A stretch of 63,827 nucleotides of DNA, counting the filler, from Folioceros fuciformis (lineage: Eukaryota), in assembly GCA_049999805.1 (NCBI GenBank). It is 22 parts of 22 records of this genome, joined end to end, with 100 filler letters (N's around TTAATTAATTAA, not from the genome) between each part and the next. Parts side by side here need not be neighbours in the genome. Positions count along the whole stretch, not along the records: positions 1 to 2,075 come from JBNGIO010000429.1; positions 2,176 to 12,779 come from JBNGIO010000430.1; 20 more parts are not named here. One strand, given 5' to 3'. Below are positions 1 to 12,066 of the stretch, piece by piece. Numbering within the stretch: position 1 is the stretch's first letter; every line of letters starts with the position of its first letter. Position numbers and translations under genes: made by a program. Under the pieces are notes generated by a model. That model did not search any database, was not told the origin of the DNA, and saw only the letters and a list, made by a program, of their open reading frames with translations.

Positions 1-792
1 GCATTGCTGAGAAAGAAGACGGAGGATTGGATAAAAAAGAAGCGCGAGGGTGTGCGTGTGTGAGAAAGAGGAGAAGCGAGTAACCAGAGACGAGGAGAAC
101 GTATATCAAAAATTGGTGAGTGGAGAACGAAGCCGGAGAAACCTTGGAAGCGAGGTGAGTAATGTGTAACGAGACGTGGTGTGTATGAGTGACTAGCCGC
201 GATGAGACTGGAGAGACTGTGAGGAAGTTGATTTGAGACTACAGAGGGTGTACCTAGAGTGTGAAATCACATGGGTGGAAGGCGATCGGCAGATTGTTGC
301 TGTTCATATGTGTGTGCGTTTGATCCTGAGGGTGAGAGGCAATTTTGTGGAGAACCAAGGAAGGAAAGCGCAAAAGGGAAAGCGCGAGAAAACAGTCGGG
401 TAGGGACGACTCGGAGAGAGAGAAAATCCTAGAGAGAGAAAGAGAGAGAGAGTGGGGCCCATGAGTGGTAGCCCGAAAGACGACGGTAGTAGTCCATTGG
501 GGAACGGAGGGTAGTCCGGTGGCCCACCAAGAGTAGTCCAGGGGGAGGTAATCCCTGGTGCGACTGGGTGGTAGGAGAGTCGTCTGGTGGGAGAAGTAAG
601 GGGGCTGGGTAAGGACCGAGCACTGGACGTGTGTGCGTGGGTCAGTCGAGTTTAAGTGCTAATTGACTTTAGAAGCTAACCTGTGTAGTTTAACACGAAT
701 CATTCCCTTGGGATCGAATCCCAAAGCTACAACGACATAGAGGGCTTGTGTGGACCTCGCGGTACCCCCGGGTACCATATTTTAACCCCACA
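1..792 (+). mobile_element. 3' part of Ty3/Gypsy LTR, family A
   Basis: The last ~110 bp (tcattcccttgggatcgaatcccaa...gtgtggacctcg...ccccaca) match the LTR end at 26300-26406, which is followed by a PBS and gag. Ends in CA. Confidence 0.75.
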
Positions 793-1633
793 CTTGGTAT
801 AGGATGCTCTTACTTTCAAGTGCAAATGGTATGCCTTAATTGAACTATTGCACTCTTGACCTGCATGCGGAACTGCTCTCGCTGCTTTTGACCACATATG
901 AATAACTTTTCCCTTTGCTGCTTGACGTAGATGATGAATGTAGGGTACATGCTCTCATACTAAGTATACACGGATTCAAGCTTGGCTCTTGCTGTTGCCT
1001 TGGAAATGAATGGACATCCTTCCATGTACATTATCTCTCTCTCCCAATCGATGCATGATGTTTAATCTTGCTATTGCATTTTTTACCTTGTGTAGGAGAT
1101 TTCTCAACCACGCTCTTCGCACATGCTAAAGGCACAAGAAGACTAACATGTCTAGACCAAAATTCTGCTTGATTGCATTTATTTTTGCTTGGTAGTTATC
1201 CACCAAAAATGCATTTGGTTGCCACATGGGAGCAACCTCATATGCCTTATCTCGCAGCAACTATAGTCATCTTGCTATACTTGTTGCATCGACATTTATG
1301 CATATTACCCAAGCAACAGACAAGCCATTTATGTGGTTATCAAACACCAAGAGACTAAATAGCTAAAACTGCCATTTATTAAGACCAAATGTCGCATCCA
1401 TAACCAGAGTTATGACCCCACTTTCTCAACATTTCTAACATAAATGATGTTTGCACACCAAGAACGAAAGTGTATGCAGCATAAAGAAGAGGCTGTACTG
1501 TTTGTACAAGGTAGAAAACTAAGTAGTGTGAAGGTCTATCCATATACGCACACTATCAGCATCTTGCACATGAAATTCATAGGTTCGAGACTTCACTTGT
1601 CTCCATATTCTAAACATCCTTGTGAAGGAACGT

Positions 1634-1902
1634 TCTAGGAACTACATGGTGAAGGAGAAGAGAGAAGGAGGCAAGGAGGAGAGGAGAAAGAGAGGTCACA
1701 CTCTCTCAATAGAGTCTCTATACAAGGGAGCTCAAGGGGGTATTTATACCCCCTAGGAAGCTTCACAAGAAGCGCGCAGGAAGCTGCGCAAGAAGCTTCC
1801 TACATATTAGCTTAAGCTAATATAAACTAATGGTAGTTAATTAGATACTAATCTTAGACTAAACATATTAGTCTAAGCACATTGGGCTTTAATAACCCTA
1901 CA
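1634..1902 (-). mobile_element. Ty1/Copia 3' LTR, with polypurine tract at 1903-1915
   Basis: On the minus strand, PPT ttaagggggaggt is directly followed by TGTAGGGTTATTAAAGCCC. The same LTR occurs at 33985-34356. Confidence 0.8.
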
Positions 1903-1945
1903 ACCTCCCCCTTAAAGGCCAATTTACCTTCATAGGAGAGTGGTC

Positions 1946-2075
1946 TACCTCATGCCCATGAGTGTCCGAGCTTGTGCGAATTGCTCCGTAGAGAGCCCCT
2001 TGGTAAGAACATCTACAGGGTTCTAACTGGTGTGAACTTTGACAAGCTGTACCCTCTTGTCTTCCAACACCTCTC
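1946..2075 (-). mobile_element. Copia RNase H C-terminal fragment
   Basis: EVLEDKRVQLVKVHTS*NPVDVLTKGLSTEQFAQARTLMGMR, near-identical to the end of ORF 29428-29934. Confidence 0.85.
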
Positions 2076-2514
2076 NNNNNNNNNNNNNNNNNNNNNNNNN
2101 NNNNNNNNNNNNNNNNNNNTTAATTAATTAANNNNNNNNNNNNNNNNNNNNNNNNNNNNNNNNNNNNNNNNNNNNCAGCCGTATTCGTATTCCATCTGTA
2201 GGATGTGCACTGCGTGTAGATGTGCACAAGCTTACGAAACTGGTATTGAAAGTTGATTGGAGGCTTCTGTAGTGCGTTCCTGTAGCAGGGAGATCGTCGG
2301 TGATTCCTTCTCGGGTCCTGGAGTAGAGGTCCCGACGAGCATCACATATTGGTGATGTACACACGCACCACCGATGTTGGCATTTCAAAACACTCGAACG
2401 CGATGTCAATAGCCGAATGCATTTTCATGGATTGGACCCCCGCTTGCGCACGTTGACTAGGCAATCCAATTACACCTGACCAAGCAAAGCGAGCGAGAAC
2501 AGCTATGTCCCTAC

Positions 2515-3645
2515 CTATTCACCTACTTCTGCAGTCTGTTGTCTAAATGCCGTATCGGCTTGCTTGAGGAAATCATCCCAAGCACTTCCAGGGCCCGTCT
2601 CTACATAATCGAAAGGCACGCCGCTGCATGACCTCACTCCTGGTCGCACCAGGCCCTCGCTCATTACAATCCTAAAGTCTACCCTACACCCCGCCTTTGC
2701 CATATTCTCCTCATTGTCCAAGTTTTCAATGATTTCCACAGAATTCCTAGGATCAAGCGTGTCAACTCCCACACCTAAAGACTGTCCACCATCACGTGCA
2801 GCAGGTGCACAGTTTTGCTCATATTGCTGATAATTCTCTTCCAGTTCCTCCCAGGAGAAGAGCAGAGACAAGGTTGACCCACCCCACGGGTTAAAGTCTA
2901 TCAGCTTCACTCGCAAATCCTTGAGCACATAGCAGTCGAAGGTGTAATCTTCTGTTACAAATCGGGACCTCACGGCATCCTCAAAGAACTGTGCTACCGC
3001 CATCGCCAGGTCCCGCTGGCTCTCCACCAGGGAAGGGTAAAATCCGGTAACCTCCCTCTGGCAGACCCCGACCAGCAGGCCCCTCCTGACGAAGCACCGG
3101 AACTCCATCTCCGGCCGCAGGTCGTACCACTTCCTGAGGGCCAGATAGAATGTGGCGGGCCTGTCCCTACTCCGATCCTCGCACGAATCGAAGGCGTGCT
3201 TCAAGTCGTACGCTATGCTGTCGGACGCCTTGAGCAGCAGGCTGATCTCCCCGAAGTTGCTGCACCGCAGGCTCCCCGAGGAGCTGATCCAGGCGGCATC
3301 GGTGGGAGCGCTCCAGTTGAGCTTTGGGAAGACCTGCCCTCCCAAAGCCTCGATGCATGCCGCTACCTCCTGCTCCAGGGCTGGGAACGAAGGCGCATCC
3401 GCCTCTTCTTGCTCCCCGTCCTCCTCCTCTTCCCAGTGCTGGTAGTCCTCCGCCTGCAGCTCGGGGCACGTGACCTTCGTCCGAGCCGGCATAGCCCCAC
3501 TGGAACTCGGCAGGAACAGGCCGTCCCGCTGCAGGTAGGCAACGAATTCCTCCGGCAGCTCCACTAGCCTCGTCCTGGTGGATGCCTGCCGAAACCGCGG
3601 GTACCAGTCGTGAATCTGGCATCGGAGCACATCTTCCTCCTTCAT
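2515..3645 (-). CDS. CDC123: Cell division cycle protein 123 (D123 family, eIF2 assembly factor), intronless, 376 aa
   Basis: Family motifs CQIHDWYPRF, VFPKLNWSAPTDA, LLKASD, LALRKWY, MEFRCFVR, YTFDCY and LIDFNPWGG; intact ORF. Confidence 0.95.
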   Translation of the reverse strand: MKEEDVLRCQIHDWYPRFRQASTRTRLVELPEEFVAYLQRDGLFLPSSSGAMPARTKVTCPELQAEDYQHWEEEEDGEQEEADAPSFPALEQEVAACIEALGGQVFPKLNWSAPTDAAWISSSGSLRCSNFGEISLLLKASDSIAYDLKHAFDSCEDRSRDRPATFYLALRKWYDLRPEMEFRCFVRRGLLVGVCQREVTGFYPSLVESQRDLAMAVAQFFEDAVRSRFVTEDYTFDCYVLKDLRVKLIDFNPWGGSTLSLLFSWEELEENYQQYEQNCAPAARDGGQSLGVGVDTLDPRNSVEIIENLDNEENMAKAGCRVDFRIVMSEGLVRPGVRSCSGVPFDYVETGPGSAWDDFLKQADTAFRQQTAEVGE

Positions 3646-4014
3646 CGCTGCCGCGGCCAGCCGAGGTCAGTCAATCGTACTTGCCTCGGCGTCCTTCCCT
3701 TGTTCCAAACCTACTACTCCTCACGGATCTGCTTGTCCGAGGCTCAGCGCTACCAAGACCTGTGAATAGACAAGGGTGAACAAGAGCCATGAACTCCACC
3801 ATAAGTGTACACAAAAATTTATGGCTGTCCTGTACAACCTGCTTGCAACGAGGATAGTTCCAGAAGACGTCTCCTTGTCGAACGAGGTGGAACCAAAGGA
3901 AGAACGTATGACGTGCTTGGGGTTCTCGAGAATTCCTGGCATAGTGATTTTTCATCCTACGGAAGAAGCAAAGTTCTATTAGACTACAACAAGGACGGCC
4001 TTCATCATCCTCCT

Positions 4015-4173
4015 CATCAAGCTGAAGGGCATCCTTCTTTGCAGTCTTCAATGACTTTTGATCAAAGCTAAAGGGCATCCTTCTTTGCAGTCTTCCATGA
4101 CTTTTGATCAAAGCTAAAGGGCATCCTTCTCTGCAGCCTTCCATGACTTTTGATCAAAGCTGAAGGGCATCCT
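4015..4173. repeat. 46-bp tandem repeat, ~3.4 copies, between the divergent CDC123 and PsbTn genes
   Basis: Unit gct(g/a)aagggcatccttctttgcagtcttc(a/c)atgacttttgatcaaa starts at 4021, 4067, 4113 and 4159. Confidence 0.9.
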
Positions 4174-4655
4174 TTCCTTCCAGCTTCCTTTGCTTCCAGG
4201 CTTCCTTGCTGACCAATAATGGCCTTTCTTAGATTCTAGTGTTGAAAATGCTTTTGTTTATATTGAATATCTCTACTCTGGTTCTGCTGTGTATTGTATG
4301 TTTTAGCTTGTATCCTATTGGCTGCATCATGTACTGTTGGCTACTGGCTGATTATCCACGGCCGTATGCTTTCCAGAAAATGGCATGAATTTGGTGGTCA
4401 GGATCAGAAAAAACGGATATTCCCTGCAACAGCAAGTGCGATCCTCCCACGGAGGCAAATCGGCAGGCATGTCACACAGGACCTTCTACGGGCACGACGA
4501 AAATGCGATGGCGCGCCGCGTGGCCAGATAGCATTGTCTCCAGACTCTTCCCTTGCTGGCATTGGATTTGAGGAGCCTCGCAAACTCTATCCTCTCGTGA
4601 GCAATTTAAACCACGGGTTGCCCATTCCTCCTAGTTTGTCAACTTTCCTTCTGCC

Positions 4656-5117
4656 ATGGCTTCACTCACCGCTACCTCCGTATCTGTCGCCGCCTCTGCC
4701 AGCTCTCTGGCCGGAGCAAGCATCGGCAAGTCCACATCCGCCAATGTCGTCTCCGTGAAGGTGAGGGAAAGGCGCTACGCAATTGCCTGTCCATCCTTCT
4801 TTGCTTCTGATGCTCTGAGCTGAGGCGCCAGCAACTGCTATGCCGGCGGATCTGTTTGCCAAAGAATGACCTGCCGATGACTTGTGTGAACGCAGATGGC
4901 ACCTGTCAGGTGCTCGGCTGCCGAGCAAAAGGCTGAAGGTGAGGGGATGCAGAGGAGGAAGATGGTCACGCTCGCTGCTGCAGGCGTGTTGGCAGCCTTG
5001 GTGTCCACCACGGGAGCTGCCAATGCGGAAGAGCCTAAGCCCGGAACCAAGGAAGCCTTGAAGAAGTACGCCAATATCTGCGTTTCTCAGCCTACTGCCT
5101 CGATCTGTCACGGTTAA
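4656..5117 (+). CDS. PSBTN: Photosystem II 5 kDa lumenal protein PsbTn, 2 exons (4656-4760, 4896-5117), 108 aa
   Basis: Ser/Ala-rich transit peptide MASLTATSVSVAAS; GT-AG intron 4761-4895; Tat twin-Arg RRKMV, hydrophobic stretch and ANA cleavage site; mature EEPKPGTKEALKKYANICVSQPTASICHG with two Cys. Confidence 0.93.
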
Positions 5118-5429
5118 ACTTCCATGGTTGCTAGTGCAAGAGAAACTCTTGAAAGTTCCGTTCTGTATGCGTAGTTCCCTTCTGTATTCTAGCTCTGTAT
5201 TGCCAATGGTGATGCTTCACGCACGATTGTTAAACGAGTTCCTCCTTCAGGAAATCAATCCTCTGTAGTCTTCATGCTTTTAGTACGATGGAATTTCTCG
5301 AAAGCCGATGCATGGTCCATTTAAGCGTGACATTCGTGAAAGCGTTCACAAGGACAACAATGATGCGGCAAGCTTGCCACTTCCCTGGCGTCAACATCTT
5401 ATCTTGAACACTTCCCTGACGTTGTTATC

Positions 5430-5540
5430 GCATAACAACCTTCGCTATTGCACAACAACCTTCTCTGCTGCGCAATAACCTCGTCTGTTGTACAACATCC
5501 TTCTCTACTGCAGAACAACCTTTCTATTGCACATCAACTC
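5430..5540. repeat. Degenerate ~20-bp minisatellite, ~5.5 copies
   Basis: Units gcataacaaccttcgctatt / gcacaacaaccttctctgct / gcgcaataacctcgtctgtt / gtacaacatccttctctact / gcagaacaacctttctatt. Confidence 0.75.
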
Positions 5541-5864
5541 TTTCCACCAAATGCGTGGACCGGTCTCTGAAGGAAAGGGCTTGCCAATTGTTCTTCAATC
5601 CAATCGGGATACGAAATTCCTAGACCTATTACGAATCTTTACATCTTCTGTGCAAGGAGAAAAATGAATAGCTCATGTGTTTCCCCATCACCTATAATGG
5701 ATCCCTTAACCAAACGAACTCACGGAAGAAGTTCAGTGTTCTGAATACCGTGCAGGCTCGTCAGAATTCACGTTGTTCCAGCGCACGTTCAAGTTGTCCA
5801 ATATCCAAGAGTCTCACATGTACAGCGAAAGAGGATGAATAATATTACAAACGTTCGTGTACAT

Positions 5865-8396
5865 TCAGGTGGGGAGAGGAATCGGCATTTCGCTCTGAAA
5901 GCTCTGAAGCCATACGTATAGGGCCAGGACGAAAAGGAAAGCCTGAATGGTCAGACGCCATCCAACATTCCACGCCCTATTCTGGAAAGTGATGATCTCT
6001 CCCATATCCTGGGAGACTTGTCGGGATGATTCCAGATGCTCGACTTGCTTTCGAAGCGCAAGAACCTTCGATTCTAAAGCGCATCTTAATTTTTCCCCTT
6101 CCCTTAACTGGTCCCCGAGCAACTGCTTCTGTTCTTCTAAAAGCTTATTTCTAGCCTCTCCCCTGTGCCTCCACTCGGATATGATACCTTCTTGGTTGCA
6201 GTCTTGAGATGAGGTAAGACTGGCTTCGGCTTGGAGTTCTACCTGGTGCTCGACCTCAAGTTTAGAATCCATCAGTGCTTGCAAGTCCTTCCACTTTTTC
6301 TCGAAGGAGTCACTCTGATAACTCAGCTCTCTCAACTTCATGGCCTGCTCGGCACATAAGTCACTCAGTCGCTCTGACTGCTGCTCCGCAGCCAATCTGT
6401 TTTTCTCTTCCTGCTCCAAGTTTTCCTGAAACCAATCCAAAGTTTGCCGCATCTCATTCACTTGATCGGCGTACAAAGCCAGCTGGCGACCAGATTGTTG
6501 GGTTCCGTCCACAGTAATTTCTCGACAACCCTCCTTCCTCCTGTTGGCCGCTGAACACTTCAGGCGGCTTAAGTCAAACGTCATCGCAGTCACGTTGTCG
6601 TCCTCTGGAGTTTGTAGGCTACAGAAGCCCGTTTCCTCCTCTTCATCACCAGTAATTAGGAAACCTGTAGTATCCTCTTCTTCTTCCAGTAGGTCTGCCA
6701 CACACATCAGCCACGTCAGAACGGCTGGTCAATTCACGAGGAGCTTTAGACAATCTCCTCCATGCACTCAAAGCATACCTTCTTGATCTTCAGTCTCAGA
6801 GTGAGAGGCATTCAGCGATGGGCTGTTGTAACTTCCGGTGTCTCTGCCTGGACTTTCCAATTCAGATTCCATGGTGAGGTCTTCTGCCTCACTGCTGTCA
6901 TCCTCATTCTCAGTTGTCAGAGCAAACGATTCTGAAAGGCTCGCAGACTCCACCTCGCCATCGTCCTTGTCAGTGTCCTCAACATCAACAACACTGATGT
7001 CCACAGGATCACACACGAATTCGTCATCTATAAACACGGCGTCTTCCTCATCCTCTACCAATCCCACATTTTCCACGGAAACCTCCTCAAAAGCTACAGT
7101 ATCCGTGTTTTCTGTAATAGAGCTCTTAGAGCAGGAGCTGACGTGCATGTCACTAGACTCAACGTGCTCGAAGTCTATCTTCTTCACCACCGAGCAGACA
7201 TCGTCACTGCCCACCGAATAATTCATGACTCCACCACCTACTGCACCGCCGCTATCCTGCTCCGAGTCGCATGACACTTCTCCCTCACTGGGGGTTGGCT
7301 CGTAGCTCTCTCCTGTTCCTTCAGAAAGCTCCCTTACATTCAAAACGGACGACGGACTGGACTCCGGCGCTGGGGAAGTACGGACAGAACTACTATCGGT
7401 CCCCAGCATCGAATCACCCAACGAAATCTGAGAAGGACTGCACAAACTACTCTCAACATCATCAATTTGAAGGGACGCTAAATCTTCTCTTGACAGCTGA
7501 GGCAAAGACGTGGCCACCTCGACCACCACTTCCCTCTTCCGGGGACCCCGTTCTAGCTTCTTGGTTTCCCCTTGAAATCGCTCCATTTCAGAAAGCACCA
7601 GCATACTTCTCTGCCGCTTGCGAGACTTAGGGTTTGTTTGTGGACTCTGTGCTGGGGTCAGTTGGCCTGCATCTCGAATCTTCCTCCCCACCCTTGGAAA
7701 ACGGAAACATCCAGCGGTCAAGTCCTTGTTCAACACCTCAGTATCACTATTACAGCCAACCCTAGAATGGCCTCCCCCTTCGCTGAAATACGGAATTCCT
7801 TTCTCGGTTACAGAAATTCTACTTCTGGTTATGGACGTTCTATTTCTCTCCAAACTAGCATGCCGGGACAGAAGAGCCGCATTCGAGGCCCGTGCCATGC
7901 CATCAAAGTTTTTGATGAGTTTTCCCAGTCTCTCCATATCTTTCCCCAGCGATTCCAGCTCCTGCTGCACAGCCTCCCGTTGTCTAACAGATTCCAACAC
8001 TTCCTCATTCCCAACAACCACATCACTCCCCACCACTCCATCCCCTCCGCTGTCCAGTATCTGCTTATAAAGCTCCCGCTCTTTCTCCAAATGTTCCTCC
8101 AACCTCTGGTCTTTCTCCACCTGATCCGACATCTCAGTCTTGATAAGCTCCTGTACCTGAGTCAGCTCCGTCTCGAATTTCTGCAGCTCAGAATAGCCGT
8201 CGTGTCGCAGCCCCGACACCACACACAGCAGTTCTGCCTCCCGCCGGTTGAGTAGTACAAGACGCGTAGTCACATTCTTCCACTCCGACTTCAATCTCTC
8301 ACGCTCCTTACGGTGTTTTTTAACTGAATCTAGTGCACTTTGAGTGCGGTGAAACAAGGACGCGGAGTCGCCTTCTCCAAGTCTCCATTCTGACAT
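5865..8396 (-). CDS. Coiled-coil, acidic, tail-anchored protein with C-terminal plant KASH-like motif, 2 coding exons (8396-6779, 6694-5865), ~815 aa
   Basis: ORFs 6768-8549 and 5865-6707 are joined in frame by an 84-bp GT-AG intron (6778-6695). N- and C-terminal coiled coils; TM segment LTIQAFLFVLALYVWL followed by QSFQSEMPIPLPT-stop. Confidence 0.8.
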
Positions 8397-9328
8397 CACC
8401 CGGGCCCCTGCTGCAGCCGGCACTGAGGATGAGCATACTGACACGACACGGTACCATCCACCACAACCCTGCCCCCTCCACGTGCAGGCAACAAGAGCGA
8501 TCTGGCCAGCTCCCAAACCCCGGATCTCCACCACAACAGCACAGGGCAAGCACCAACTCCCTCAAATGAACCTCGGAGACCAAGACCCGAACCGAACGCC
8601 AAGAATGCGCTGACAAGAACTTGTCCAATACCATCACACTAACTCGGAACCTGACACAAACACGACCACAAACTCTCCCTGGCTGGAACGGGCAGACCAC
8701 ATACCTCCTGTTCCTGTCCGTTCCCCTCCACTCTCCGCACTCGTCAGTCCTTTAACGTTCTTCCTACCGATCAAGGCGCATTGTCTGCAGCCCGGCCTGC
8801 GCGAGGATGTTTCTGGACAGTACAATTCGCTTGTGGCCGTGTCGCCGAGACCTGCTACTGCCGCCTTGGAATGGCCTGCAGCAGCCCATCTGGACTGCGC
8901 ACAATCGTCTCGGCGCTGTGCGCATTGCCTCCTCCGCACCAAAATTATCGAGAATATCCAAAAATAAAAAGCGACCAAAAGTGAAAGTGATTTTTGTGAA
9001 GGCACATGAACGGTGAACGAAGCTACTCCATAGCTACATAATACATACCGTGTTAGCTGAATATGGCAAATATGTACGTACATATGAACCTATCTTGGTG
9101 TATTGGTTGTACGCTGAAAGCATCGATGATCGATTGAGCAATCAACGGCGATGAATGCCATCCTGACTACAAAGCACGGGTGCATGGGAGTTGAAGGGAA
9201 CAAAGCTCACTACACACCAACCGACGTGACTTTGTGGGAATAGGAGCCTTACTAAGATCCGGGCTTTCATTTGCGAGAACGGGGAGAACATCTGCGGGGA
9301 GACTGGTCGGGCTTCACATTGCGGCCGA

Positions 9329-11046
9329 ATGGAGGACAGGTACTTGCTGGTGGGATCCTCTGCTGAGCATGGCTAGCTTTAGGCGGCCGGTCTTTCTACT
9401 CTGATTGAATCTGATCCGTGTGGTGGCGTGCTGTGAGTAGGTTCAACACTCCCCACACGGCTGCAGTCGAGGTGGATGTTTTAGGGCACAGTCTTCACAT
9501 TGTTCAGGTTGGGAACACAAGTTTGTCGAAGTTGTTGTTGCTAGGCATGGCAGAATTGGTTGTGATTTTGTGGAGGGAACGCAGGATCCTAATTCTAAGC
9601 ACCTGGGTACGACTGTTTGGGATTCTTCAGTGGTGTTCGTCAAGTTTCTGGTGCGTGGGCCTTCCTAGTCATGGTTGCAGACTTACGTGGTAGAAGGGAT
9701 TGATGGGGCACTTTTTGTTTGCAGGAGAAGAACAGCAGGAAGGGGGAGTTCAGTCGTGCCAATATGGCGGGCAAGAGAGCAATCGAACTTGGTGCCGGGT
9801 GTGGCCTAGCGGGACTTGGTGAGAGGCTCTATCATAAGGAGACTATGCCACATGTGCACAAACGTCCGCCCTGTGCAACTGAGAGATAAGAACCTCGATT
9901 GCTGCCAGGCATGGCTCTGTTAGGATGCGACGTGGTGGTCACGGACCAGGTGGATGTCCTACCTCTTCTTCTCAGAAATAGCGAGCGGAATCTGGCTCGA
10001 GCCAAGTACACGGCTTCTGAAAATTCCTTCGCAGGTGTATCAAGTGCAAATCATCGAGCTCATGGCACTAGTTCCATCAGCGGACGTTTGCATCTAACCA
10101 GGGATTTTTAGTTATCTGTGCAGGGCCCGTGGGATCGGTGGAAGTAGCGGAGCTGGATTGGGGAAATGAGCTTCAGATCGCGGCTGTCGGTCCCCCATTC
10201 GACTTCATCGTTGGCACCGACGTTGTGAGAACACCTGTCTAATAAGCCTCTTCCACTAGCAACAGCCGCAACCATGTATGTCACTAGTCTGCAGGAAGTT
10301 GTTCCTTACCGATGTCGAAGGGCATGTGTTCCCGAAGGTGATGTTGAGCGATCTTTGAATGATACAGGTATACAAAGAACACTTGCTAGAACCTCTTTTC
10401 AAGACAATCAATCTACTATCGGGACCGAAAACCAAAGTCATCGTAAGCTTGGGTCTTTTCGAAGAATGTGATGTGATTGCTAACTGTTCCTAGCTCATCT
10501 CTCACTCTTTTCTAGTTCCTCGCAGCTGGCTTATGAATTTCGTGCGAGTGACGTGAAAGAGAAGCTGGACAGACTTCTGAAGGATAGGTTTTCTGTGAAG
10601 AAGGTTCAACGATCTAAGGTGAAAGTGTGTTTACACTACTGCAAGGCTCGTGATTATTTTGGCCCGTAGGACCAATGCAATGCAATGCATACTGTCTGTG
10701 CAGATGGACAGTAAATATCAACATGCCAATATCGAGCTGTACATCCTCGCTCCGCTGCCTGAGCAGGTAATCCACTATTTTAGAAGCATGAGTGTTCAGG
10801 GTTTGATCACTGCACACTTTTGCAGCAACATGAACCTACCCACCTTTGTAGCAGGAAGGTGTATCCGGGAGGTCAGAATCTGCTTCTCTTCAAGCTGATT
10901 CTTGCAGCCCTATCAGATCGGACTCTGACAACTCTAGTACAGAACGTGGAATTGGGAGCCAATGGGAGTCTCGCAGGATGGGAGCTTCTGCTGCACGGCT
11001 GCTGGCCAGTATTGAGGTTCCGGCTATGGACACAGCTCTGGATTGA
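9329..11046 (+). CDS. METTL21/Methyltransf_16-family protein-lysine methyltransferase, ~10 exons
   Basis: Manually spliced exons give MEDRFNTPHT...DPNSKHLGTTVWDSS...KRAIELGAGCGLAG...VVTDQ...AELDWGN...FDFIVGTDVVY...WESRRMGASAARLL; all introns are GT-AG. Confidence 0.9.
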
Positions 11047-12066
11047 GCACAATTTACGAGGAGAATAGTAATTAAAAATCTTCATAGTGATTAGCATTAC
11101 CCTTCTTTTATAGTCAGTGTTTATCTTCTATATACTTGTTCTGTGTATTAATCTCATGTGCGCCTCTGTTTCAAATGCCGCTTCACACCCTTTACCAAAG
11201 TGAAATTCCAGGTCAAATAGAGTATGGGCTTTTCTTGAGCTGTAAGCTTCGTCCTTGTCAAAGGTTCCCTCCTCTCAGTGTCAAGTGTCAGCCATTTCTT
11301 GCCATCCGCATCAAAGCCTATAGGAAACCCTTGGGTTTGCGAGACCGTCAAAACCCTTCACTACCCTTCCAGAGTTTAAACACTCGGTGGACCTCAAGGC
11401 TCAGGTTCAGTCACGTCGGTGAACATCTACCTGGATTCCAGAGTCGTTAAGCTTAGTCTCTATCCACATGGAGGCTGGCGGGAGAAGGTGCTTAAATAAG
11501 GGAGAAAGAGGCCACTGCACACTCTGAATGGCTTCTTACCTTCCAGACCCTTCATTTGCGTGAAGATGGACACCGGGAGACAGATCTCGAACGGGAGACT
11601 AGGCCAGGGTGTGGCGATGGAACTGGGTCTTTCGACAGAAGTCAACAGTTCAGAACGCTGGTTAGCTTATCACGTAGTTTCAAATCAAACCCTACTGACG
11701 CCAAACAAAGAAACCCAAATGCGCACAGGAGACAGGCGGACAGAGTCAAACGGTCAAAATCGTTTCTAAAAGGACACGTCATCATCACTGAATGTACAGC
11801 ATGTGCACCATACCAAACTTCCTGGGTTAGTGTGCATCCCTACTACGTTAGTAGACTGAAGTGGGAGAGACTATAATAAGAACCATAGGTGCCAGGGCGG
11901 TGTGTATTAGCCTGCCCACAGCAACAAACACCCTGAGGTGACTTCATCAAACAGGATGGTCAAAAAGGAGTACGACCAATGCATTAGGAGCTCCACTCTT
12001 GCTACCTAATAGTTGAACCAGGCTACGTTGTATGTATGCCGGTATCCAACCCGGTCTTTCCGAGAC

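Noticed and set aside
2076-2175. Recurrent TTAATTAATTAA palindrome flanked by N runs (21 occurrences)
   Set aside because: Artificial contig linker with stops in all six frames. ORFs containing X runs and any cross-linker gene neighbourhoods are artefacts.
3152-3622. Overlapping alternative-frame and antisense ORFs in CDC123 (and similar ones in the KASH-like, ZGRF1 and pinin genes)
   Set aside because: Shadow ORFs of GC-rich coding sequence with no recognisable domains.
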